Source of the DNA: Octopus vulgaris
Taxonomy: Eukaryota
DNA length: 64,000 nucleotides
Reading direction: 5' to 3'
Assembly: GCA_951406725.2 (NCBI GenBank)
Contig: OX597825.1
Coordinates: 44,454,001-44,518,000, forward strand
Made by a program: the position numbers and the translations under genes. Below are positions 1 to 14,058 of this stretch, piece by piece (the stretch's first letter is position 1; each line of letters opens with the position of its first letter). The notes under the pieces were generated by a model. The model was given only the letters and a program-made list of their open reading frames with translations, did no database searches and was not told where the DNA came from.

Positions 1-277
1 GTATAATACCCAATTATTAATACACAAGTGCTTTTTATTGCATTGCAATTAACTTACCTATTGTATTAAATAGGTGAAGGTAAAGAGATATTTTACCATT
101 CATATTTTTTGATAATTACTTGTATCCTTATTTTATATGCATAGAATAATATGCTATATGTATGTATGTTATTATAATTATCAGTTTAATAAATAAATAA
201 GTTAAACTTTTTAATGTCCTAAAGTTGATGAACCAACTATTGTGCTCCTCCATTTTCTTATTTGCACTATATATATA

Positions 278-456
278 GGGAGAGTTAACGAAAAAAACAA
301 AAGACGAAGACAAGTGGTGTACAAAACAAACAGATGTATTAGTATAGCGCTCAGGAATAGAAAAAAGTATTTTACGTTTCGAGCCTACGCTCTTCTACAG
401 AAAGGGACACAGAAAAATCAAGGAGGGAGAAAAATGTGTGTAGTGGCTAACGATCT

Positions 457-460
<4 letters not shown>
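278..460 (-). mobile_element. Solo Penelope-like pseudo-LTR fragment between (TA)n tracts
   Basis: Carries a hammerhead-like motif with the same layout (GAAGAGC..GCTCGAAACGT) as 6683-6852 and 29170-29458; flanked by TA repeats. Confidence 0.55.
369..403 (-). ncRNA. Degenerate minimal hammerhead ribozyme
   Basis: Minus strand tttCTGTAGA-A-GAGC gtag GCTC-GAA-ACGT-A-aaa: stem II GAGC/GCTC, palindromic helix III, core deviates from CUGANGA. Confidence 0.5.
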
Positions 461-510
<50 letters not shown>

Positions 511-644
511 CCTATGAGAATTAATACAGTTTAAGAAGTGTAAAGGTGTTTACTTTTTAAAATTATCTTTTAAAATATGTTATGAACTCTTTTTTGGAAG
601 ACGTTTTCATCTAGTGTGTCAGCGCTTTCGTTTCCACACACACA

Positions 645-697
<53 letters not shown>
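461..697. repeat. Two (TA)n microsatellites (461-507, 649-697)
   Basis: Directly visible. Confidence 0.95.
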
Positions 698-703
<6 letters not shown>

Positions 704-1621
704 CTCGTTAATGATGTACAAACAGTAACGATGCCAGAGAATTGAGAAATCTTCAACGATGAAATCAAGTCATATTGGGTAGTTAGCTACCTGAATTATC
801 TGTTTAATGAATGAAATTTAAATCAGCATCTGCTATTCACAAAAAAAATTTAGTCCATTAACCTTTTCGATTACATATGTAAAGCTTTTATATTACTACT
901 TTGCTGTAATAAGTATTCAATACCTACTTCCTAAAATTACCAAGACTGAGTGATTTTGTCCCGTGTCTTGACAGCAGCATACATTCATGATTATCTCCGA
1001 TACAGGGGAAGAAAATAACAAACGACATCGACATGAATATGCCATCGATGACGACCAAGGTAGTGAGACCATGTCTGTGAGACCTAAATCTTCCTACAGT
1101 CAACTAATTTCCAATAATTTTATACAATGATTGGCAGCTGTTATTATTGTTTTCTCTTGGCAATTCAAAATCAAATAAAACAGGAAAAATACAAAACGTT
1201 ACACAATAAAATCTGTTTTATATTCCTTCCCTTTATATCCATAATTATGAATTCCCAAAACAGCTTCAGTCAATCAAGAGAACAGTGAAGTTTGACTTTA
1301 ATGCAGTCCCTTTATAGATAATAAAAAGTACTTCATCTGTTGAGAATTTTCGTTAGAAACACAAATGGGTATGTGGTTTTGGTAAAGAAAGAAATCGAAG
1401 GCAAAATTATTTGTATATTACTATAAAACAGTAAACAGCAGAACCAAGTAGAATGTAGAATGAAAAATAATATACAAACATGCATTGGAAGCTGAAAATA
1501 TGCATCTAACGCCCAATATATATTATAAATTGTACAACTTTTTCGGCGAACGTAACCATATCTGAGCACTTACCTTAAATCAAATACTATCAGTCTTAGG
1601 TAGGATATTGTAAACAAAATA

Positions 1622-1831
1622 ATGGTTTCGTATTTAGGCGCAGGCCTAAATTTACCCCTTCCCAATATATTTAGAGAAGGAGTAAGTCAATTTCATCGAC
1701 CTTAGTGTTCAACTGCTATATATTTTATCGCCCCTGGAAGGATGAAAAGCAATGTTGACATCGGCGAAAGAAGAAATGTGACGATGAATTTTGTCCTCCG
1801 CGCGCTGATGCGTCTACCAACTCGCCGCCCT
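1622..1831 (-). mobile_element. tRNA-derived SINE family B, diverged copy
   Basis: Reverse complement begins ggcggcgagttggtagacgc and contains gtcaacattgcttttcatccttcc..gataaaat, matching copies at 38563 and 42025. Confidence 0.75.
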
Positions 1832-2248
1832 CAAACAGAAATTAGTAATAAGGGTAGAATATACACAAACATAAACGACTGTTGTAAAATATCCGTACAG
1901 TTCAGGTAAAAACCTGAAGGATAAACTACAACATATATTTCATAAAAATCAATAGTTAGGACTACAATGCTACCGGGATTGATAACGCTTCTAATTTAGG
2001 GTTAATATTCTTAACTTACATTGTAAATGTATTGTAATAACGAGAAATTATCATTGTATCTTTAACGATTTTGAAAGTATCTCGAACCATACACTAAAAT
2101 ACATTTGATTTCATAACTTTTGGAAATCGTAATTATGTGGAAGCAGGAAAGAGGTTCATCCAATACAATTTTAAATGTGGAGAGTGTCAAGGAAAGAAGT
2201 GGAAGAAAAAGAGAGAAAAGAATAAGTGAAGATGATGGTAATGTTGTA

Positions 2249-2302
2249 GAAGAAGAAGAAGAAGAAGAAGAAGAAGAAGAAGAAGAAGAAGAAGAAGAAG
2301 AA

Positions 2303-2398
<96 letters not shown>

Positions 2399-2447
2399 AA
2401 GAAGAAGAAGAAGAAGAAGAAGAAGAAGAAGAAGAAGAAGAAGAAGA
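2249..2447. repeat. Compound microsatellite (GAA)n-(AAT)n-(AAG)n
   Basis: Directly visible; explains the poly-E/N/K pseudo-ORFs. Confidence 0.97.
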
Positions 2448-5400
2448 ATGCGTTGTGGATGAATGAGAAAATAAGAGCGAAAATAAAAGTAGAACGACGA
2501 GAAAAAGATTGGCGAAGAGCAGAATAAGGAGGCCAAAAAATGTAAACAAGTTCAATTGTATTCTACTGAGTTAGTCGATAATGATTTTTGATGTTAAATC
2601 AAGATTATTAAACTGCAAGTGTTTGCCATATGTTTCCGTATGTTTGTTTTATGTCATACATTTCAAAAAAGACAAAACATTCAGAGAACATTGAAGCCTC
2701 TTCAAAATAGATTATCATATACTTGAAGCTATACATTAGTAGTGCTCTAAACTAACCTGGACTAGTCATGTGCAATTTACGTAATTGACACAAAGTTCTA
2801 TACTGAAATTTGGCAAGAACACTATTTCTGTCTTACGTCATCAACCATTTTATCTTTATTTGAAACAGGAAAAAAATTTTTCAGTATAGTATAGATTTAG
2901 TTTTTATACTTCTTAGAATATCAATGTATCGAGGAAAAAAATATTGATTTAAATGATGAATAACAATATCTAAATCTAAGCCTTATTTTTCTTAGCTTTG
3001 ATTTTCAGATAAATGTTACAATATTAAAAATCATATTTCACCCGCAAGGATATTTATTCTCTTTTCTTGTGTACTATCTATTTGTTTGAGTTTTTTAGAT
3101 GCAACATTTGAAGAAAAAATTAGAATTTGGAATTTGTTAGAAATCAATATTTACACATACGTACACTGTTACAGTCACATCTAATACTTAATACAACGTT
3201 CTTAACATTTTTAAGGAGATTTCCAGCATTTTTGAGATTTTATGAATATTTTCATTGGAAAGTTATACTCGGCAAACGAAAATGGTGATAGTAATCAAAA
3301 ACTATCTAAAAATGAATGCCTTCAATACCGAAATTCTAGAACGGTTGTTGGTTTTATTCAGAAAGAAAACAACCATGCAGCTTAAAATATTCTATTCTAA
3401 ACCAAAGAAAAATCTTCAGATATAAAATTTCCTCAGCGATTGATTTTTATAAATCATGTTTTTGCTCAGAATAAGAATAAGAAAATGTATCCACATGAAT
3501 CATATGGATGCCAAAGTTAGTAAGCTTAAGTAATCTTAAGTATGAGATGAATATTTTCTGATTTGGACAAACCTATTTATATAATTAGAATATTAAGTTT
3601 TTATTCTCGTAGCTAGAGAACACAGAGCTAAATGTCTCGCCTAGAAATACAGTAAAATTCTTGTAACAAACATGAGCTCAAACATTTTCAACGGAGAGAA
3701 CAAATAACCGACCATACTATCGAAATCAAGTCAAATTATCAAAAAATATCATTGCATAATTTAGTTATATTATTCCTATGTTCTTTTCACTTGTATTGGT
3801 AAAAATTTGGTTTTAGAGGTATCACCACAGCAAGGCAAGTAGGGTTTGAGATTACCTTCTATTACTATTTCACATACTGAGAATGAGAACATAAACAATA
3901 ATTAATGAAGATTTACAATAAAATATGTTATGGTTGAAATATGTTATAGTCTTTGTTTACAGGTTATATAATGTTTGATAGAGTGTCGTTTTGCAATCAG
4001 GTAGCCAAATATATTTTAAGAGGAGTCCTTTTAGAGTTAATTAAATATAAAAGTTATTTTGTTAATGTCTAAAAATCTATGATTTGGACCCGCCGTATTA
4101 ATATGGTAGGTATGTTTAACTAAATATGAGCAAAATGTTTATAAAATATTAGCAATAACAAATAAACACAATTAAAGAATACCTACAGTAAATAGGGAAG
4201 TCATTATGAAATCTAAAATGTTTCCTAATAGTTGCTGTCATAAATTTTGTCGTCTTCTCTATGAAAAGTTTAGATTACAAAATACAAATTAAAGGCAACT
4301 TTCACATTTTGTTAGAGTCTGTTTTAACGCACTATTTCCATAATTGTCTGACTTTACATAGTATTAAAAGTGCGGATGAAAGTTGTCAAATACACTTTTC
4401 TTTAATAGCCAAATCTTTACAAATTGTAACTACAAATGTCGGAAGTGAGCTTAAAGAGAAATATCGAAGATTTTCAGTTTGGTGAAAATAATCTAGAGCA
4501 AGAAAGCTTTCAAGAACAAGTGACCTGCGTACGATCAATGAGTGGCTACTTCCGTATTTTCTTTACGAAATTATTCGATCAGTGAATAAATTAAGTGAAA
4601 GTGCAACGGAATGTCTTTGTAGTACTTCTTTCATTGAATCTACAAATATATTGATTTGACAACGTAATCAAGTGGTTAGAATCGTTAGAAAGATGAGGTA
4701 AATTTATGTCAACTCATACTTCAACAAATATCTGCCCAGTTTCGGTGAAATGGTGCAAAAATAGTTCCCATATAAATCCGTGTCGATACATGAAACTCAA
4801 GATTTCTTCCAAAATCACTTTCTTCTAAACATTGAGATTCCACCTTGATTAAATGAAAATATTTTATCGGACAATTTGAAGAATCCCGTATACTATAGTA
4901 TACAGGTTGCTTTAGAATATGTATGTAGCCAACCGTTTTTCCACGCCTAAAAATCACTAATACTTTCTTGCATTTATAATTCAGCTGTAATATTCAGGGT
5001 CATGGTATACAAATTTAGAACAATCAAATAGAGAAACAAGTCCTCTTCCTTCTATTATTGCTATAAAGCATAATCTTTCAGAAAACAAAAGAATATTAAT
5101 TTTCAACAAATGAAATAACATTTCAAGTAAAATGAAGAGTTCATTTTGAAATTACTTACTTTCATCCAAAGCCATAATTTTTTGATGTTCGTGTATTCGG
5201 TTAACTCGCTTTGACTTGCACTAAATTCCATTCAGTAACATTGAGAATGATTTGAGTTGTAATGCCTTCTATTCATACGTTCTTCGAGTTCTGTTACCTA
5301 ATTTTTACTTTTGTTAATTTTTGTTGACTCATATTCATGTGCCTTAATTAATTAGATTTCTAACATCATTCTACTTTAAAGAAAATAAATTAAATTCAAA

Positions 5401-6144
5401 TATACTTTCTTTACATTCAAACAACTAAAACAATTAAACAGGCCATGATATAGAAAAACATTTAGATATTGGAAGAATTTTTAAACAATATTCAGTAGCC
5501 TCAAGCTTTTAAGGTTTTGGCTTTGAAACCTTAAAATGACTATACATAAAATTATTGTATATAATTTAACACTTTTACAACCTAGTTCCCTACTCGCTAT
5601 TGTTTATATCCTTTCTCACACAACATAATAACATATTTATGAAAAGCCTGTCTCTTCACTCGGTTGTGAAGTAAAAAATTCACCTTCACTGCTTCCAAAT
5701 TTCATACCATTGTTTACTATTCACATTGTCTTATGGAAAATATATGAAGTATAATATTCTATTGAAAGTCTTCGTAAATTTTATTCTCTTTTCGAAAGCC
5801 GGCATTGCAACTCATGACTCAGAATGCTATATTAAATGCTAATAAATTTTAAGGACAGCAGTGTCAACAATTCTTTTCATTTCTTTATATGTTCATTGAA
5901 AAAAGCCAAAGTTAATATGTATGAACATAAAGTAAAATTAAAAATAATGACGGCAAAAAATATAAACATACATATATATATATATTACACACACACACGC
6001 ATACAAAATATACACGCACGCTCACGTGTATATATAAAATATATAAATTATTTCTTTATTAACCAGAATGGTTGTTTCTGCGTATTTGTAGATTTTTGTG
6101 TATGCATGTATTTTTGAGACTATAATTACATATGAATATACATA

Positions 6145-6497
6145 GACGCAGGAGTGGGTATAAGAGCAGAAGTGGCTGTGTAGCAAGTAGCTTGCTTACC
6201 AGCCACATGGTTCCGAGTTCAGTCCCAGTGCGTGACACCTTGGGCAAGTATCTTCTACTCGTCGTATAAATATGTACATACATGTAAATGTTTCGGTGTC
6301 TGTGTTTGTGCTTGTCCCCCACCTTTGCTTGACAACCAGCGTTGGTGTGTTTACGTCCCCGTACCTTAGTTGTTCGACAAAAGAGACCGATAAAATAAGT
6401 ACTAGGCTTACAAAGAATAAGTCCTGGGGTCGATTTGTTCGACTAAAGGTAGTGCTCCAGCATGATCGCAGTCAAATGACTGAAACAAATAAAAGAA

Positions 6498-6501
<4 letters not shown>
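6145..6501 (+). mobile_element. tRNA-derived SINE family A (octopus-type), internally deleted
   Basis: Head gtggctgtgtagcaagtagcttgcttaccagccacatggttccgagttcagtccc with A/B-box-like motifs; tail gcagtcaaatgactgaaacaaataaaagaataa. Confidence 0.85.
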
Positions 6502-6528
<27 letters not shown>

Positions 6529-6554
6529 TTACAAATGCAATGTGTATTTCTTTC

Positions 6555-6601
<47 letters not shown>

Positions 6602-6628
6602 TGTATGTATGTATGTATGTATGTATGT

Positions 6629-6682
<54 letters not shown>

Positions 6683-6683
<1 letters not shown>

Positions 6684-6852
6684 ACCTCGTGTGTACCGTT
6701 GGCGATTTGTTTTCCTCTGTCTTCCCTTCTCTGGATCTTTCCTTCTCCTATGTTTTCGACGAAGAGCTCCGCTCGAAACGTCCAATAATACTATATTTGT
6801 CCCACGTCCTCGCGTTGTTGTGTTTCTTTGTGCTTTCTTGTTTGGATTAACT
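6683..6852 (+). mobile_element. Penelope-like pseudo-LTR fragment with hammerhead motif
   Basis: Homologous to 29280-29458; contains TCGACGAAGAGCTCCGCTCGAAACGTC; lies just upstream of a PLE ORF relic. Confidence 0.65.
6752..6786 (+). ncRNA. Degenerate minimal hammerhead ribozyme
   Basis: TCGACGA-A-GAGC tcc GCTC-GAA-ACGT-C (GUC triplet). Confidence 0.5.
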
Positions 6853-6914
6853 ATACATACATACATACATACATACATACATACATACATACATACATAC
6901 ATACATACATACAG

Positions 6915-8210
6915 TTTACTATCGACATTATGTGGAATTACAATGGGAACTCGAGCTACCCCAGTGATTGCGAACCTTGTAATGGGTTACCTAGAACTCA
7001 AAATATACCAATCATCACTACAAAAATATGGCACCTCATCTCATTGCTATTTAAAGGAGAACTGGAAGAGGTATTTAGATGATTGCTTTATACTTTGGAA
7101 TGATAGCTTGGCAAACTCCTCGATTTCAAAATAATGCTCAGCAATATCAATAGCAACATACAATTCATCATGGAACACAGCAATAAACAACTTCCTTTTC
7201 TTGACATCCTAATTAAAATAGTCAATAATCACATCGAAACGGACATCTATAAAGCCACAGATTCAAAACAATACCTATTATTAACTCATGCCACCCCAAA
7301 CACATAAAAATTAATATACCTTATAATCTAGTGAAAAGAATCTGTACCATAGTTTTGGACACCAATACTCGTGAACGAAGACTCCTTGAACTCAGATCGA
7401 TACTAATCAAGAGGCATTACCCAACATCATTAATAAATGATGGGATTAAACAAGCAAAGGAAACAGACATACGAACATTAAGGTAAGTTAACCAAAATAC
7501 AACACCAGACTTAAAAATACTCCCATACATACACACAGCCCTAGAAACAATGAAACCTTCAACATTATCATCCAAAATCTACCCATCCTTGCAGAAGATA
7601 AAACAATGAACAAAATCTTAGGCTCACACAAAATTGTCAAGAGCAAAATGCAACCGAAATCATTGAAAAAAAATATTAACCAACGCAAGAGTATATCCAT
7701 TAACAACGGAACCAAAAGCGAAAAAATGCAGTCGGCTTAATTGTGGCACATGCCCCGTCCTTTCGGAGAGTACAGAGTTCCACTTTAAATAAGGTGAAAT
7801 ATTTAAGATAAAATCAAATTTCACTTGTGCTTCGGAAAAACCTAATCTATGCTTAGGTAATCATTATAAAGGCCAAACAGGAATGTCCCTCAGTCGATGA
7901 ACAACTCTTCACAAAGAACAAATCCACAACCCACAATACAGACAGTTACAGGTCGGTGAACACATAGAAAGATGTGCTAGGAACCTTAATACTAACTCCT
8001 AAATTTTCCCTTTATATCAATGTTCACAGAACACCTCAGTTCAGACTAAAAAAGCAACTTTATTCATCAATAAATATCATCCACAACTCAACAGGAACTC
8101 ATAACATAATACAGAACACTACTAACCTTACCATTAATACCATTAATTCCTATACATTCCGTACACCATTCCTATATCCTTTGAAGACGTTGTAACCAGG
8201 TCAGGGCGTT
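6915..8210 (+). mobile_element. Penelope-like retroelement, 5'-truncated, frameshifted RT plus GIY-YIG endonuclease
   Basis: Motifs GITMGTRATPVIANLVMGYLE, WKRYLDDCFILW, IQFIMEHSNKQLPFLDILI, HPKHIKINIPY, CSRLNCGTCP, FTCAS..LIY, YKGQTG. Confidence 0.9.
8177..8206 (+). ncRNA. Degenerate minimal hammerhead in the 3' pseudo-LTR of the PLE
   Basis: cct-TTGAAGA-cgtt-GTA-ACCAGGT-C-agg: stem I cct/agg, near-palindromic helix III, GUC site, two core substitutions. Confidence 0.5.
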
Positions 8211-8261
8211 TTTTCATCTCGTGCATATTATTGTTTCAAGTCATCCGTGCATATTATTTGT

Positions 8262-8473
8262 TTCAAATCATCCGTGAACCAGTGAGATATCTTTCAGACT
8301 TCCTTAACATGAATGACAAGGAGTTTACAGAAAGTAGAAACAGCATCACAAAGAGGCTGTCTCCTTGGAATATGCCTTTGCGATTCTGTATTCTATCAGT
8401 GATAATACAGCCACTCCTTGTGTTTAATTTCAAGCTGGTGATTTTGACTATGCTCACTGGAACTTCTGCAAGT
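8262..8473 (-). mobile_element. R4/Dong-like RT fragment
   Basis: [26 protein letters not shown]. Confidence 0.8.
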
Positions 8474-8474
8474 T

Positions 8475-8629
8475 GTGTATATATGCATGCATGTATATAT
8501 GTATGTATGAATGTATGTATGTATGTATGTATGTATGTATGTATGCATGTATGTATGTATGTATGTATGTATGTATGTATGTATGCATGCATGTATATAT
8601 GTATGTATGTATGTATGTATGCATGCATG

Positions 8630-8663
<34 letters not shown>

Positions 8664-8765
8664 TGTATGTATGCATGCATGCATGTATGTATGTATGTAT
8701 GTAGGTATGAATGTATGTATGTACATACGTATGGATGGATGGATGTACGTATAAATGTATACATA
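8475..8765. repeat. (TATG)n degenerate microsatellite
   Basis: Directly visible. Confidence 0.95.
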
Positions 8766-9499
8766 CACGTATGTATATAGATATATTTTGTATATCTATC
8801 TACACTTACACAGACATGCACACACGCACGCACACACAAACACACACATATAGAGATATATGAAACGCGTTACTCTGCTGAGGCTACGATATCTCCAGTG
8901 TTTCCTTGACTATGAGTAGTCGTAGTTACTTTTTGTGTGACAGCTTGTCTCTACAGCTTGTCTCTTTGACATAGCTGCAGTCCTGGATCAATCGTAGATA
9001 AACTCTACAGGTATAGTGGTCTCGTCAACTGAGCTTTCCCGTGATGCATACCAAGCGATGAAACAGTTCTACACGCGCTCATGCGGTCCCGAGGATTGCT
9101 GAATCGTGGAGTTACATCGAACAGTTCCTATTGCATGTAGGATGGATTTGGGTATCGACCGACTCCATAGTGAAGATCACTTCAACAGTTTCTTTTGTCT
9201 GTGAAGTTTTCCTTTGCCTAGTAGCTATGCGAGAGCGGTTGTGTGATCGAAACAGAAAGAGAGGCGCATTCCAGTTCGACGAATTCCTCTTCGATTTTCT
9301 TTGATCTTCCACTTGAAATGAAAGTTAGATTAGAAGTGGGGGAGTGCTACCTTCTCCACCAAGTAAATTTCGTAAAAGTGGGTGAATGTAGTGACTCTTT
9401 GTATAACGTTAAGAAACACTAATGAGGTTTTGACTCCACTGAAATTTCAGTCCCCAAAACCTTCAGCTCTTTCTGTTAAAAAGTTATTTTGATAAAATT

Positions 9500-11215
9500 G
9501 TAGTTTTGGAGGATTTTCAACAACAACAACAGCAGCACCAGCACCAGCAGAGGCAATTAACTACTAAAATTGCACCAACAACAGTAACAATTGCAGAAAC
9601 AGCAATCACAGCAGCTCTGACAACAGTAGCAGAAACAAGAATGACAGCAGTGGAAGCAGTAACAACATCTATGGCTTTCACATACCAGACAGCAGCAAAA
9701 ACAACAGCATTAGAACCCACCAAAACAGGAACTTTATTATCAACAGAACAACAGCAAAATCTTCACAAGACATGTCACGCCCTATTCAGATGAGTCAGAC
9801 TTGTCCTGTGGTGAGGGGGCGACTCAGAACCTAAATGACAAAAAGCTAGCAGGTCAACGAAAGAAAAAGAAAGAAAACACTGAGAGCAACACAAAAGTCT
9901 GGCAGGTATGATCAAAGAGGGGAGAAGCCACACCAGAGTCGTCAAGAACATCATCCTCATGACTACCATCACCAGCACTACTATCGCTCACACCACCATC
10001 ACAGGCAAACTCCAGTTCACACACACACACACACACACAACTCTCAGATCACACCCCCAACACCAGTAAAATTCAAACATTAACTACACAACAATAAACT
10101 ATGGAACGCATATATTACCATATAGGCATTACACACTGATTTTATCACACGAACAAACAACATATCAACACACATAAAAGTCATCCTTACATCACAAAGC
10201 ACATACAGCACTATAAAAACTAAATATCCTGAAGGAGTAGGGCTCTCCAGAAGAAATATCAATAAAATATTGTATATAGCCATGAGAATGGAATATCTGC
10301 CCCACTTTGCCAACAAAATCAAAGTAACGTTTCCCGCATCTTTCCCTTTTGACATTGCATTTCTTAGGATAGGCAGTATAAACGCACGGTGCCTAGGATC
10401 GCCTTGGACACAAGGCCATCTACTTAACGACTTCAGGTCAATAAGTGTAGATGTAGTGGCTGTCAGTGAAACCAGACTCTCCAACTGACAAGCGTTCATG
10501 CTCATTTTCGGTGGATACTATATATGTCTATCTTCATACCAACCGGGAATGAGAAGTGGAACTGCTGTGTTATTCTGGAGAGGTGTGAATCTCAAGATAA
10601 GGACTATCTTCCTGGGCCCAGCAGAGACGGTAGGTACCCTCAGACTCGTGGCTATTTATGCACCGACAGGAGCACGACAGCCAGAATTCTTCAGATGTCT
10701 GGACGTTTTTCCAAAGAACGTCTTCTCCTTTAATATTAGTGGGTGATTGGAACTACGTCTTAGAGCTAAGTTTGGGCTGTGTGGGATTAGAGGATAGAAG
10801 GGTGTGATAAAAATCTCGCAAAACTGCTCAGACATTTCCAGTTGCCTGACAGGTACCAACGAGATCCAGGATGTGCTAATATAGACGTGGACGAATCGCA
10901 TCGTGTCATTCTGGGCGCATCTAGACTGGATAGGCCAGTTGATAAAGATAGTATAAGTTGTCCACTTTTCAAAACCGTCGGCTACGCAGACCACAAATTC
11001 GTGAAGTGTGCGATCGACCTAGATAGGTTTTGAAGGCAAGGACTCAGTTAATGGAAGCTGAACGCGTCACTCCTGGTGTGTCAAGCTTAGGGAATTAGTT
11101 ATGCGGGGATCAATGGTCAACAACAAATGCTGGTTTGCCCTGAAAAGGACAATTAGAGTAGAATCAATTAGTGTTAGTAAGAAATAAAATAGAAGGGACC
11201 TTAGTTAGAGCCACT
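9500..11215 (+). mobile_element. Tx1/L1-like LINE relic: low-complexity ORF1-like end plus APE endonuclease
   Basis: FLRIGSINARCLG..LLNDFRSISVDVVAVSETRLS, LRLVAIYAPTG, VGYADHKFV, WKLNASLL; a paralogous relic lies at 46905-48520. Confidence 0.75.
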
Positions 11216-11386
11216 TGAGCGCTTGCTGGTCTTTCTCATGATCTTCAGACACAAAAAAGTGCCACCTTCTTTCTCCTCCTCTTCCTTGTACTCCCCATAC
11301 TCCTTCTCCTTCTCTTCCTCCTCCTCCTCATCATCATGAACAAAACAAAATATAGTTACATACCTATATACATTTAGACGTATGCT

Positions 11387-11422
<36 letters not shown>

Positions 11423-11689
11423 ATTATACATCAAACATATAAGTAGACACACCCATACACATCATACATACATGCATACATACATACATACATACATACA
11501 TACATACATACATACATAGGTAAAGATATATTTAGAAATGTATATGTATAAAATTAGATCTCTTGATGTATAAAACTAGACAGCTATGGACAAAGAAGTA
11601 TACACACACTGAAAGATATATAAATAAATATATACGTACATACAAATATAAACACATGGGGTGACACAAATTGGTTACTCATTTTAATT

Positions 11690-12500
11690 TAGCTTATTGG
11701 GGTTTTCCAACATTCCTTACTCAAAGTAATGCAAGATGTCATAATTTCTATATCAGCACAGTTGATTTAATAGCAGAGAGCAGAGGAGCTTCAGTTTAGT
11801 GGGTAACACCATATACTAAGTGAAGTGCATCACAGTAAGATTTAATGCCTACATGATCAGCATAACTTACGTTCTCTCAGAAAGTGCTGTTCCCCAGTTA
11901 TTCTGGGTACCCCGCAGTTTCCACCTGAGAATGCTGCAAGCAGCCCTTTAGACTTGGCTGGCTTGCTGTTGGGTCTGGCGGATTCTCTTTGGTGACAAGT
12001 ACACTTCTGGTGGAAAAGTTTCTGGATCCCTTTACCATTTTCCTCAAATCAGTCCTTGTTCTTCTTCGAGGAAAAACCCATTATCTCATCTACTGTTTTT
12101 TTTCAACTATCATAGTCTTTTCAGGGTTTCTCAGAATCTGTTTATACTACTTCGATATGCTGTCAGATTTCGGCAGTCCGGTCCCCTCTTTGACACCTCC
12201 CGGCAACACCAGGTTTGGTGGAATTCTCCAGCTCTTCAAGACGATCTGCATGGGTGAAAGCCACTCCAATATAAACATACAGCTTAGTAGCTGTCTTAGC
12301 TCGATGGACCACTGTACACAGACTTACAAGCTTGAAGAGTGAGGATCAGATTGTGGGAACAGACTCCCGCTTTAAAACTACCAAGCGCAGGCGGGAAGAA
12401 AACCACACTGACCTAAGACTTAGGTTATATTCAGTAACATCCTGAATAATCAAGAAGCCTTCTTTAGGGGTAGAACTGCTTGTTCTCAGTGGAGACAGGA
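11690..12500 (-). mobile_element. RTE-clade LINE relic (EN-RT linker)
   Basis: Minus strand translates YADHVGIKSYCDALHLVYG..APLLSAIKSTVL, resembling RTE AD..DMK.FY.ALK.VYGP..APLLS.DG.TLL. Confidence 0.55.
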
Positions 12501-13150
12501 TTAATAAACATAACCTAAAAATGCTTACTTCTGGGTCCGATCCGGTTGGCTCACCGTGGTCAACGGGCCTCTCACAAAAGTGGTAGAGAAGGAAAACGAA
12601 ATGAAAATAAAAGTGAAAATGAAGGGAAAACATAACGGGAGTAAAAAAAAACAAGAAGAAGGAATAAAATCAGCTAACCATAAGTTAGCATTCTAGAATG
12701 CACATACTATACAGGAGACCGGTTCCAGATACACTCGATACTGGTTGCAAGCGTACCGGTGGTCTGCACTGAGCACGTAAGTTTTATAAATACAAAACTT
12801 TTATTTTAAAAGAAAAATGGCGAGGCAAATATTCGATTTTATAGTAAAACATTTAAATTTGAGCAAATTACATCATATGTTTTTTTAATAGTTTATGTAG
12901 TAAGCCTAGCTAATTAGCTTTAAGTGTTAGTTCGACAGAGTGGGAGGACTGTTTCGGAGAAATATATTTGCTACATTCTCCGTGCGAGTTTACATATAGT
13001 GAGAGATGCGTGGTTACGGAGGGTTTTAACTTATCTTTCAAGCAAACAGCTACATATTGTACCCTGACGTTTTATTATATATTTTGCTTATTTGGATTGT
13101 GTTTGCTGGCCACTTTACCATTGCTTTTATAGATAATGATACTTATCTGA

Positions 13151-13201
<51 letters not shown>

Positions 13202-13244
13202 TTATTATTATATATATATATTATAATAATAATAAAAAAATTTA

Positions 13245-13282
13245 TTTACTAAAGATTGCCGAAACTATGCATAGTCCAGAAA
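13245..13282 (+). ncRNA. Degenerate minimal hammerhead ribozyme
   Basis: CTAAAGA-ttgcc-GAA-ACTATGCATAGT-C: perfect 12-nt palindromic helix III, GUC site, G5>A in core, weak stem I. Confidence 0.5.
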
Positions 13283-13503
13283 GGGGAGGGTAAACGTTTT
13301 TATTTCTCTTTCCATTTCAGAATTACCACTATTAGTGGTTTGGAGTTTAACTGCTCTTTCTAGTGAGTCGAATGTCCTATTATGGCCATTCCTTATATAT
13401 TTGAATGTATATTATATAGTCTTTGACTATTTTTTCTTTCTCACTTGACCGCTGGTAGCAGAGAATTTTTCTAGAATTTTTTGCTACCCTAAAATTTATT
13501 AAT

Positions 13504-13579
<76 letters not shown>

Positions 13580-13792
13580 GAGTATATACACACATATATA
13601 CGAGTGAGTATACAAAGGCAAAAGGGCATTTATTGGAAGTAGTAGACATTTATTGGAAATTACATGTATGGATCAAAATAGTTTGACTAAAATTCGTTGG
13701 TACTCCGAGTTTCAAGCGTGATGTTGATATTCACAGCGCAATGAATGAAGATTAGCATCCCTACCTACGAATTTGAATCAAACTCTTTTGAT

Positions 13793-13827
<35 letters not shown>

Positions 13828-14058
13828 ATAACTGTAAATAAATTTTATTAAAAAATTTTCAGCAAAACTAAATGTGCACATTTTGTTGTACCTTGGAAGG
13901 GTCATTATGCCAGTGATAATGAACACTCAGATTGATTCGATATCACTTCTTTATTGCTAATCAATTGATTAAATACCTAAACAACTAACATCAATGGTAG
14001 GCCCACTCTCCTCATGGTCTGCCTTCAGTTTGTCTGAGAAGTAGTATTATGTCTGAAT

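Noticed and set aside
2120-2555. Poly-E/N/K and poly-L/I/F ORFs
   Set aside because: Translations of a compound trinucleotide microsatellite.
6575-6911. Inverted (TATG)n/(CATA)n arms around the pseudo-LTR fragment
   Set aside because: Common microsatellites in both orientations; likely coincidental.
9506-9793. Gln/Thr/Ala-rich ORF as a host gene
   Set aside because: Low-complexity region upstream of a Tx1-like endonuclease; a similar arrangement occurs at 46.9-47.3 kb.
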